Positions 1 through 6,871 of a stretch of DNA of 15,394 nt are shown piece after piece (the stretch's first letter is position 1; each line of letters opens with the position of its first letter). A program made the translations under genes and the position numbers. The notes beneath the pieces are model-generated. The model did no database searches. It saw nothing but the letters and a program-made list of their open reading frames with translations, and was not told the DNA's origin. The stretch comes from Myxococcota bacterium (GTDB lineage: Bacteria; Myxococcota; JACRCW01): NCBI GenBank assembly GCA_040752415.1, contig JBFMGU010000254.1, positions 1 through 15,394 of the forward strand, read 5' to 3'.

Positions 1-8
1 CCCATCGG

Positions 9-66
9 TTGCCCCCCTTCCCCGGCTCGGTGACGACGGAAACCTGGGACTGGGGAAGGGGGGCGA
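9..66. repeat. GC-rich inverted repeat (about 17-bp stem); possible terminator or REP-like element downstream of the minus-strand operon
   Basis: TTGCCCCCCTTCCCCGG (9-25) pairs with CTGGGGAAGGGGGGCGA (50-66), with two G-T wobbles. CCCA (1-4) can also pair with TGGG (68-71). No U-tract is visible, so function is uncertain. Confidence 0.6.
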
Positions 67-94
67 GTGGGCGCAGCGGGACAAACGTGGGGGG

Positions 95-178
95 TTAGGT
101 GTTCGCCCGCCACTACGGAATGGGCAATTTGCTTAGACGCAGGCGCTTAGGTGTTCGCCCGCCTCGCCGACCTGGGCA
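95..178. repeat. Two-copy direct repeat TTAGGTGTTCGCCCGCC-N9-TGGGCA with a 52-bp period
   Basis: Exact 17-mer at 95-111 and 147-163. Each copy is followed after 9 variable nt by TGGGCA (121-126 and 173-178). Confidence 0.8.
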
Positions 179-198
179 CACCGTTCTCACGCTGCCCC

Positions 199-1095
199 TC
201 AGTCCCCGGAGGCGTTCACGCGTCTGCCCAACGACGTCAGCGCATGGGCCAGGGACTCGGAGGTCAGGTCCCGCCCCGCCCGTCGGAGTCCCTGCACCAG
301 GGCCCTGGCCGCGGCCGCCGCGGGATGGTTTAGCGCTCCGGGGGATGCGCCGTGAACATCCGCGAACCGGACCACGACGAGATCCGCGGGCCAATCCATG
401 GAACCCGCACACGCGGTGTCCACCAGCAGGGCGAACGGTGGCTGTGAGCGGAACCCATGCTCCAGCTGCGCGGACTCCGTGACAGCGCCTTTCGCCGTGT
501 GCAGGACCACCAACTCGAGGTGGCGACGGTAGATTCCACCGCCGGCATTGACCTCCGCGAAGTAGGCGCGAAGCACATCCTCAGTGTCTCCACCTCCGCC
601 CACCAGACCCACCACGACGCGCGCCGACGTGACGCCTGGCGTGGCGGGCGGCTGGGTGATGAACGCCACCAGGTCCGCGAGGTCCTCGCTGCTCATCCGA
701 TAGCGCGGCATGGCATCCAGGAGGACGTTCCCCGCGGGGTCAACCCCTTCGGTAATCGCGCGACGCAACAGCTCCTCGGTGTACGCGGGGCGCTTTCGTC
801 CGCTCGGAGTCGTGATGGCATAGGGTCGGGTTAGCGCGGACCACGTGATGTCGGCGGGCGCCACGCCTCCTTCGGGACGGCCCTTGCCGTTCCGACCGTG
901 ACAGCCCACGCACGGCAGCACGCTTGCGGGGACCGCCACGCCGTTGGCAGAGACCGCGGCCACCACCTCACCGCCCGAGAGACTCTCCCCGCGCAGGAAG
1001 ATGTGTTGCCCCCGTTCCCCGACGCCAGCGATGGGGGGCGTGCAGCCCAGCAGCAGCATGACCGGGGCCAGGCTGGGGAGCGCGCGCTCAGCCAT
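199..1095 (-). CDS. Cytochrome c (single CxxCH) fused to a shortened type I periplasmic-binding-protein-like domain; probable lipoprotein
   Basis: CVGCH heme motif at 898-912 and a candidate axial Met in AMPRY. VNAGGGIYRRHLEL and LVQGLRRAGRDLTSESLAHAL resemble LIVBP-like binding proteins. N-terminal lipobox-like LLLGC. ATG at 1095 overlaps the upstream stop by 8 nt (the ORF track starts at 1125). Confidence 0.82.
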   Translation of the reverse strand: MAERALPSLAPVMLLLGCTPPIAGVGERGQHIFLRGESLSGGEVVAAVSANGVAVPASVLPCVGCHGRNGKGRPEGGVAPADITWSALTRPYAITTPSGRKRPAYTEELLRRAITEGVDPAGNVLLDAMPRYRMSSEDLADLVAFITQPPATPGVTSARVVVGLVGGGGDTEDVLRAYFAEVNAGGGIYRRHLELVVLHTAKGAVTESAQLEHGFRSQPPFALLVDTACAGSMDWPADLVVVRFADVHGASPGALNHPAAAAARALVQGLRRAGRDLTSESLAHALTSLGRRVNASGD

Positions 1096-1672
1096 CGTCG
1101 AGCACGCCGCGGATGAGATGGACAAGCTCTTCGGTGCGGGCCAGGCCCATGGCCTTCTTCCACAGGCCGGTGCGCTCGTTTCCCACGAGGAGGATGTTGG
1201 TGTGGTTGTTGGGCTCGTCCACGTATTGCCCCAGTTTGCGCAATGCGAGCTCGACGTCCTGCTTCTCCCCCGTCAGGAACATCCAACCTTCACCAGCGTC
1301 AAAGCGATGCGCGTAGTCTCGCAGCTTCCCGGGCGTGTCGGTGGTGGGGTCCACGGAGACGGACAGGAACCGGATATCACGCCCCACCCGCTCCCCCAGC
1401 GCCTCCTGCACCTCGAGGAGCTTCCGGCTCATGGTCGGGCAAACGTGGGGACAGCTGGTGAAGAACGCGTGGATCACGACGACACGGCCCTCCAGCAGGT
1501 CGCTGTACAGCCGGTGGCGCTGCCCGTGCTGGTCCACCAACGTCACGTCGCCAAAGTACTTGCGCGCGGCCAGAACGCGCGGGTCCGGAGCTGCAGGCTC
1601 CAGGAGCAAAGCGCCTCCCATTCCCGCGCTGCCCAGCATGATCACGGCTCCCAGTACCCACGCCTTCTTCAT
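1088..1672 (-). CDS. SCO1/SenC family copper chaperone
   Basis: FFTSCPHVCP (CxxxC), SVSVDPTTDTP and a downstream His in NHTNILLVGN. Hydrophobic N-terminus. GGAGG RBS just upstream of ATG 1672; the ORF-track extension to 1885 overlaps the neighbouring gene. Confidence 0.92.
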   Translation of the reverse strand: MKKAWVLGAVIMLGSAGMGGALLLEPAAPDPRVLAARKYFGDVTLVDQHGQRHRLYSDLLEGRVVVIHAFFTSCPHVCPTMSRKLLEVQEALGERVGRDIRFLSVSVDPTTDTPGKLRDYAHRFDAGEGWMFLTGEKQDVELALRKLGQYVDEPNNHTNILLVGNERTGLWKKAMGLARTEELVHLIRGVLDDG

Positions 1673-1685
1673 GGGACCTCCGCGT

Positions 1686-2285
1686 TCAACGTTGCGCCAC
1701 AGTGTCAATGAGCTCCGCCAGGCGCGCCGGCGGCGTGAAACCGGAGGTGCGCTCCCAGACGCCCGTGACGTCGTTCCCGACGAGGATGAACGGCGCGTGC
1801 GCTTCCTTGTCGGGCGTGAAGGCCCCCAGGCCCTTGAGCAGCCGGTCGACGGCATCCTTGGCGCCGGTGACCAGCGTCCACCCACCGCCCGCCTGGAACT
1901 TCGCGCCCCACTCCCGGAGACGACGTGGCGTGTCGTTCACCGGGTCCAGCGTGATGGAAACCAGGTGCACGTCACGGCCCACCCGGTCTCCCAGGTGACG
2001 ACGGAGCTGGAGCTGGCTGGCGCCAATGACCGGACAGACCGTGGTGCACGTGGTGTAGATGAAGCTGATCACCACCACCCTGCCCTTCACGAGGTCGGAG
2101 TGGAAACGCAGCGCGCGACCATCCTGGTCCACCACCGTGACGTCGGGAACGGAGACGGCGCGCGTCCGTGGCTCAGCGGACGGGGACGTGGTGGGAACGT
2201 CATGGGCACCCCCGTGGCAATGGTCGGCGGACACGGGAGGCGAGGCGAGCGCGAACAGCAACGCGGTGCACACCAAGGGTCTCAT
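1686..2285 (-). CDS. SCO1/SenC family copper chaperone
   Basis: FIYTTCTTVCP (CxxxC), SITLDPVNDTP and His in AHAPFILVGN. Signal peptide followed by His-rich DHCHGGAHD. ATGA overlap with the upstream gene. Confidence 0.92.
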   Translation of the reverse strand: MRPLVCTALLFALASPPVSADHCHGGAHDVPTTSPSAEPRTRAVSVPDVTVVDQDGRALRFHSDLVKGRVVVISFIYTTCTTVCPVIGASQLQLRRHLGDRVGRDVHLVSITLDPVNDTPRRLREWGAKFQAGGGWTLVTGAKDAVDRLLKGLGAFTPDKEAHAPFILVGNDVTGVWERTSGFTPPARLAELIDTVAQR

Positions 2286-4228
2286 GGGTCCCCCTCGTCT
2301 CGCTTCGCCACGAAGCCAAGCGTCGGAACGTCGTGGTAGCCGAGGCCGTGCGAGGGAAGCTGGAAGTAGACGCGGTAGTACCCGTCCGTGGGCACGTTGA
2401 CGGTCCCCTCATAGACGCCGTCCCCAACGTGGTGCGCCCACAAGCGCCGTTGCCACGTTCCCGGAGCCAGCAACACGAGCATCCCGACGTCACGCAACCC
2501 CTGGCGTGGTGTCGACGTGGCCGAGTCCGCGGCCTTGACGCGAAGCCTGACGGGTTCTCCCGTCGTCACGGTGCGAGGCGCCTCCAGCGGTGTCAGCTGC
2601 ACCGACGGAACTTGACGCGCGAGCGCCGGGTCGGGCGAGACCTCGAGCTCGAAGCAGTGCAGCACGCGCGGCGAGTCCAGGAACAGCGCAACGTCATAGG
2701 TGCCGTGGCCACCAAGCCGCGCCGTCGTCGAGTAGATGCCCGGTCCCTGTTCACGCAGGCTGCGGTCAACCACCAGGACGGCGCGTGGCTCACGACCATG
2801 GGTCTGGAATCCGCCCATCGGCGCGGCAAGGCCTTCGCGGTAGTAGTAGATCATCCTATCCGCGGGATTGGCGACGAGAACCGCGGTGGCCTCCGGCGCC
2901 TGCACCACCGTGGCGGCCATGCTCATTCTCGCCGCGCGGGCCAACGGTGCTTGCCCGGCGGGGAAGTCCGCGAAGTGCAGTGTGCCCATGCCCAGCTGGT
3001 CCAGCGGCACCATCAACACGTGCTCGCTGCGACGGGAGCGCACGTAGGCCAGGTACTTCGTGAACGCGATCTCCTCGGGCTCCTCGCCCAGGACGTCTCC
3101 AACGTTGCCGGTGGAGACCAATTGCGTCGTGGCTGCGTCGACGACGTGGACCAGGCCACGCCCTGGATTGAGCACCAGCGCCATGCGGCCGTCCGGGGCG
3201 AATCGGATGGCGCCCAGGCCCGGCTCCGCCGGCAGTTCCGTCGCAACATCGAGGGTCTCGCCGTCGACGACGGTGATGGCGCCGTTCCCGCGGTCGGTGA
3301 TGAAGGCGGCCTTGGCGGCATCGGAGTACGCCACGTCAAAGGGCTCCGCGCCAGCGCGCACCTCGCGTTGCCGGGTGAGCGTCCGGACATCCACCACCGA
3401 GACCGCGGCGGCGCCGCGACTGACCACGAACGCAACGCGGTTGTCGTCGGAGAACGCGATGGCGTGTGGGCCCGGTCCCACCGGAATGGTGGCGGCCACC
3501 TTCAGCGTGTCCGTGTCCAGCGCGGCGAGATTCGCGCCGGTGCTGACGAAGGCATATTTCCCGTCGGGAGACAGGGCGAGGCGCGTCGGGTGAGGTCCCA
3601 CGGGAACGCGATGGGTCAGCGCCCAGGTCGTTGTATCCACCACCGCCACGACGCCAGCCTCTGGTGTGCTGACAAAGAGCCGCCGACCATCCTGGCCCAG
3701 CAGCCAGTCTTCTCCCGGTGCGTCCAGCCTCACCCAGGCGAGGAGCCTGCTGCCGCCATAACTGAACCGCGGGTCGAACACGGCAACGCTGGCGTCGTCG
3801 TTCAGGGCGATGACCTCGTAGGCGTTGAGGTCCACCGTGGCCCGCATTCCCAGACTCCCGCCCACGAACGCCGCGACGCGGTCCTTGCACGATGTGGATG
3901 TTCCGGGTTCAGCGCGCAGATCCATCCACGCTCCCGGCGACAAACCCGTCAGGGCCCGCCCCGTGTTCGCATCCGTGAAGGTGAACCGCACGTCCACGTC
4001 ACGACCTTCGACGAGCACGGCTTCCCCAACCTGGTAAGCGCGAGGGGCCACCGTGAGCTCCACGGCAACACCATCCAATACGGCGCGGCGCACCTCGCGC
4101 GCGGGAACGGCGGTCGGCACGCTGCTGCGGCAACCCAGGGCCACGCCGAGAAGGCACCCCAGTCCGGCGAATGACCGCGCTCCCACATCGTCCCCCGCCA
4201 CAATCGTGATGATCGCCGGCCGCGTCAT
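2282..4228 (-). CDS. YVTN/cytochrome d1-like beta-propeller protein with a C-terminal YtkA/Ig-like domain; exported, probable lipoprotein
   Basis: Repeated blades such as VPVGPHPTRLALSPDGKYAFVS, IPVGPGPHAIAFSDDNRVAFVV and IRFAPDGRMALV. C-terminal VGDGVYEGTVNVPTDGYYRVYF. An alternative GTG start at 4186 (GGGGGA upstream) gives a compact signal peptide ending VALGC. Confidence 0.85.
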   Translation of the reverse strand: MTRPAIITIVAGDDVGARSFAGLGCLLGVALGCRSSVPTAVPAREVRRAVLDGVAVELTVAPRAYQVGEAVLVEGRDVDVRFTFTDANTGRALTGLSPGAWMDLRAEPGTSTSCKDRVAAFVGGSLGMRATVDLNAYEVIALNDDASVAVFDPRFSYGGSRLLAWVRLDAPGEDWLLGQDGRRLFVSTPEAGVVAVVDTTTWALTHRVPVGPHPTRLALSPDGKYAFVSTGANLAALDTDTLKVAATIPVGPGPHAIAFSDDNRVAFVVSRGAAAVSVVDVRTLTRQREVRAGAEPFDVAYSDAAKAAFITDRGNGAITVVDGETLDVATELPAEPGLGAIRFAPDGRMALVLNPGRGLVHVVDAATTQLVSTGNVGDVLGEEPEEIAFTKYLAYVRSRRSEHVLMVPLDQLGMGTLHFADFPAGQAPLARAARMSMAATVVQAPEATAVLVANPADRMIYYYREGLAAPMGGFQTHGREPRAVLVVDRSLREQGPGIYSTTARLGGHGTYDVALFLDSPRVLHCFELEVSPDPALARQVPSVQLTPLEAPRTVTTGEPVRLRVKAADSATSTPRQGLRDVGMLVLLAPGTWQRRLWAHHVGDGVYEGTVNVPTDGYYRVYFQLPSHGLGYHDVPTLGFVAKRDEGDP

Positions 4229-4327
4229 GAACGCGCGGTCCGGTCCGCTTCTTCCGCGTCCCCGCGCCTTCGCTGACGTCGGTCGGAGTCACGCGCTTCG
4301 TGAGGGATTCCACCTGTTGGGTGATCG

Positions 4328-4343
4328 TGGGTTCGCGATTGCG
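4328..4343 (+). promoter_or_regulatory. Candidate sigma54 (-24/-12) promoter for the DUF305-like gene
   Basis: TGGGTTCGCGATTGCG: GG (4329-4330), 10 nt, GC (4341-4342), with flanking TGG and TTGC. The CAC of the consensus is absent. Confidence 0.3.
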
Positions 4344-4370
4344 TAGGTCCACGTGAGGATGGGCTTCGTC

Positions 4371-4919
4371 ATGGGCCTGGACCGCGCTCTGGCTGTGTGC
4401 TGGGTGTCGACGTTATTGTTGCTCACGTCCGGCGTCGGCGCGGATTCGGGCCTCACTTCATTTGCGCGTCAATACCTGCGGGACATGATGCTTCAACGTG
4501 AGCTGGCGGTGGACCTCAACGTCCTATGCGTGGAACGGGCGACGCATGCGGAGCTTCGCAGCCTGTGCGCGGTGATGCGTGACGAGAGGACGCGGGAGCT
4601 GCAGGAGCTGCGCGACCTCCTGGCCACCGGCCCAGGCGAGGTGGGGGCCACCGAGGGGTGTGAGCCGCACCCACGCGAGGTGGAGTTGACGGTGGCACAC
4701 AATCCGCACCGGCTGGCGCAGCGCACGGGGGACGCGTTTGACCAGGAGCTCCTCGAGGCCATGGCTCGCCTGTACCGGATCGGACTCGAGGAGGCGGAGC
4801 GATGTACCGCGTGCGCGGTGGACGCGGAGCTGCGCCAGCATTGCGTGGCGACGTCGTCGTCCCTGGCGCCGGAGCTGCGGCAGCTGGAAATCTGGTTGAC
4901 GGAGGGGTTCGGCCCGTGA
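4371..4919 (+). CDS. Exported DUF305 (ferritin-like/CopM-like) protein, variant lacking the His-His motifs
   Basis: Two internal repeats (YLRDMMLQRELAVDLNVLCVERATHAELRSLC...ELQELRDLL and LLEAMARLYRIGLEEAERCTACAVDAELRQHC...ELRQLEIWL) joined by LAQRTGDAFDQ, as in DUF305. Signal peptide ends GVGA. Start could be 4353, 4359 or 4371. Confidence 0.72.
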   Translation: MGLDRALAVCWVSTLLLLTSGVGADSGLTSFARQYLRDMMLQRELAVDLNVLCVERATHAELRSLCAVMRDERTRELQELRDLLATGPGEVGATEGCEPHPREVELTVAHNPHRLAQRTGDAFDQELLEAMARLYRIGLEEAERCTACAVDAELRQHCVATSSSLAPELRQLEIWLTEGFGP

Positions 4920-5015
4920 TGGCGCAGACATCCTCGCACTCGACAGGCGGCGCGCTCACGGACAAGACTGGGTCACGACTTCCTACGCGCTTCCCTCTCC
5001 GCGCGATGGTGAGCC

Positions 5016-6866
5016 ATGACCCCGAAGCCCGTTCGCCTGGTTCTTCCCGTCCTGCTTGCCCTGGCCACCGCCGCCACGGCCTACGCGGTGAAGGAGAAGC
5101 CGCTCAAGGGAAAGAACCGCACCGTTGGAATCTCCTACGGCAATGATGCGCAGGGTGCGTCGCCCGGCGGGCCACCGCGCAAGGCCCTGGTGATCGGCAA
5201 CTCGAACTATCCCGGAAGCCCGCTACCGAACACGAAGCGCGACGCGCGCGACGTGGGCAAGGCGCTGGAGGACCTGGGGTTCACCGTCCACAGCGCGTCC
5301 GACCTGGACCTCAAGGCCTTCCGTCGCGCGTCCGGCGCGTTTGTCGACGACATCAACAAGGGGGACATCGTCTTCGTGTTCTACGCGGGGCACGGAATCG
5401 AGATCGACGGGACCAACTACCTGGTGCCGGTGGACTTCAGCGCGCAGCGCGCTTCCGACGTGGCCTATGAGGCCTTCCCGCTCAACCAGCTCCTGGACGG
5501 CATCCAGCAGCAGCATCCCGCGGTCACCGTCGTCGTGCTCGACGCGTGTCGCAACAATCCGTTCCTGGCCAACCGGTCCTTCGGGAAGCGCGGCCTGGCG
5601 CAGGTGAACGCGGGCGAAGGTTCGCTCATTGCCTACGCCACCTCCCCGGGAAAGACCGCCAGCGACGGCGCGGAGAACAGCAACGGCGTCTTCACGGCGT
5701 CATTGGTGAAGTACCTGAGGAAGCCGGGCGTGGACATCGAGGGCGTGTTCAAGGAAGTCAGTGACGACGTGGCCATCAAGACCAACCGTGAACAGATTCC
5801 GTGGCGGTCCAGCAGCATCGTCGGGAAGTTCTACCTGGCCGGTGATGCGCCCGAGGAAGAGGAACAGCCCAAGGCCAAGCGGGTTGCCGCCCGGGACGAG
5901 GAGGAGGAAGCCGAACAGCCCGCGCTCGGAAAGGAATGGGGCAAAGGTGGTGCCGAGGAAGAGGAAGCCCCGCCTCCGCAAAAGGGCCGGCCGGGAAAGG
6001 GCAAGGGCGCATTCTGCTGGGAAGACGTGGTGCGCAAGACGTGGCTCAAGGGCGGGACGTCGGTGATGGCCTTCGTCCAGGATGGGCAGCCCCATCTCAT
6101 CGGGTACGACGGTACGACCGGCGCCACCGTGTTCGCGCGCGTTCGCGACGACGGGGAGCTGCCGGAGCAGGTGTGGTCGGGAAAGTGGAAGAAGGGGTGG
6201 AAGGGGTTCATGCCGTTCACGCTGAAGGAGAAGCCCCACTTCTTTCTCTACAACCCGGAGTCGGGACAGGCGCAGTACGAGGAAGTGAATCCCGGTGCGC
6301 AGGACTCCACGACGAGGAAGTACGGAAGCTGGCGCGCCGGGTTCACGCACTTCGGGCACGCGGGCCTGGTGGGTCACCCTTCGTTCTCCGGCTACGTTGG
6401 CGGAAAGGGCGAGCTCGTCATGTGGGCTGTTGATGAGCTCTACAACGATCCCAATTTGTCGGAGGGCAACATCGGAATCCGAGGCCTGGCGGCCGTCCAG
6501 GTGTTCGTCCTCGAGCAGGCGATACACGTGCTGCTGTATGACGCGGCAACGGGCAAGACCGTCGTTGCCCGCGCCACCCAGCAAGGGGAGGCCTCCTCGG
6601 TGATCGAGGGTGAGATGGAGAAGGGCTGGGCGTGGTTTGGTACGCTCTATGTCGAGGGTGAACACTACCTCGCTGCGTACCGCCCGGAGGACGGGGTGTT
6701 GGCGGTGCTCAAGCCCCATGGAAAGAGCCTGAACTGGACCGTGGCGCAGGAGCGGTGGGTCAAGGGGGGAATCACCCCAACGCTGTACTTCCACCAGGGG
6801 CGCATGCACGTGGGAGTGTACAACCCCAACACCGGCGACCTCCTGATTCGCCGCAGCTGCCGCTGA
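5016..6866 (+). CDS. Secreted caspase-family (peptidase C14) protein with a charged linker and a C-terminal six-repeat beta-propeller
   Basis: Signal peptide, KALVIGNSNY, catalytic dyad motifs FYAGHG (His 5391-5393) and LDACR (Cys 5547-5549), IAYATSPG and QIPW. Six repeats of about 45-49 aa containing Y-x-x-x-x-G follow. Confidence 0.9.
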   Translation: MTPKPVRLVLPVLLALATAATAYAVKEKPLKGKNRTVGISYGNDAQGASPGGPPRKALVIGNSNYPGSPLPNTKRDARDVGKALEDLGFTVHSASDLDLKAFRRASGAFVDDINKGDIVFVFYAGHGIEIDGTNYLVPVDFSAQRASDVAYEAFPLNQLLDGIQQQHPAVTVVVLDACRNNPFLANRSFGKRGLAQVNAGEGSLIAYATSPGKTASDGAENSNGVFTASLVKYLRKPGVDIEGVFKEVSDDVAIKTNREQIPWRSSSIVGKFYLAGDAPEEEEQPKAKRVAARDEEEEAEQPALGKEWGKGGAEEEEAPPPQKGRPGKGKGAFCWEDVVRKTWLKGGTSVMAFVQDGQPHLIGYDGTTGATVFARVRDDGELPEQVWSGKWKKGWKGFMPFTLKEKPHFFLYNPESGQAQYEEVNPGAQDSTTRKYGSWRAGFTHFGHAGLVGHPSFSGYVGGKGELVMWAVDELYNDPNLSEGNIGIRGLAAVQVFVLEQAIHVLLYDAATGKTVVARATQQGEASSVIEGEMEKGWAWFGTLYVEGEHYLAAYRPEDGVLAVLKPHGKSLNWTVAQERWVKGGITPTLYFHQGRMHVGVYNPNTGDLLIRRSCR

Positions 6867-6871
6867 CCACC

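Noticed and set aside
1..100. Integron attC site (GTTAGGT at 94-100 fits GTTRRRY and lies near a hairpin)
   Set aside because: No convincing L box at the expected spacing, the partner R box would lie outside the window, there is no integrase, and the adjacent genes form an operon rather than cassettes. Cannot be supported without flanking sequence.
95..178. Mini CRISPR array
   Set aside because: Only two copies, the exact match is just 17 nt, and there are no cas genes in the window.
2168..4174. 668-aa plus-strand ORF
   Set aside because: Antisense shadow of the beta-propeller gene. It has no recognisable motifs, and long shadow ORFs are expected in high-GC DNA.
2282..4228. Nitrite reductase NirS (cytochrome cd1)
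   Set aside because: No CxxCH in this protein and no heme d1 biosynthesis genes nearby. Only the generic propeller fold is shared.
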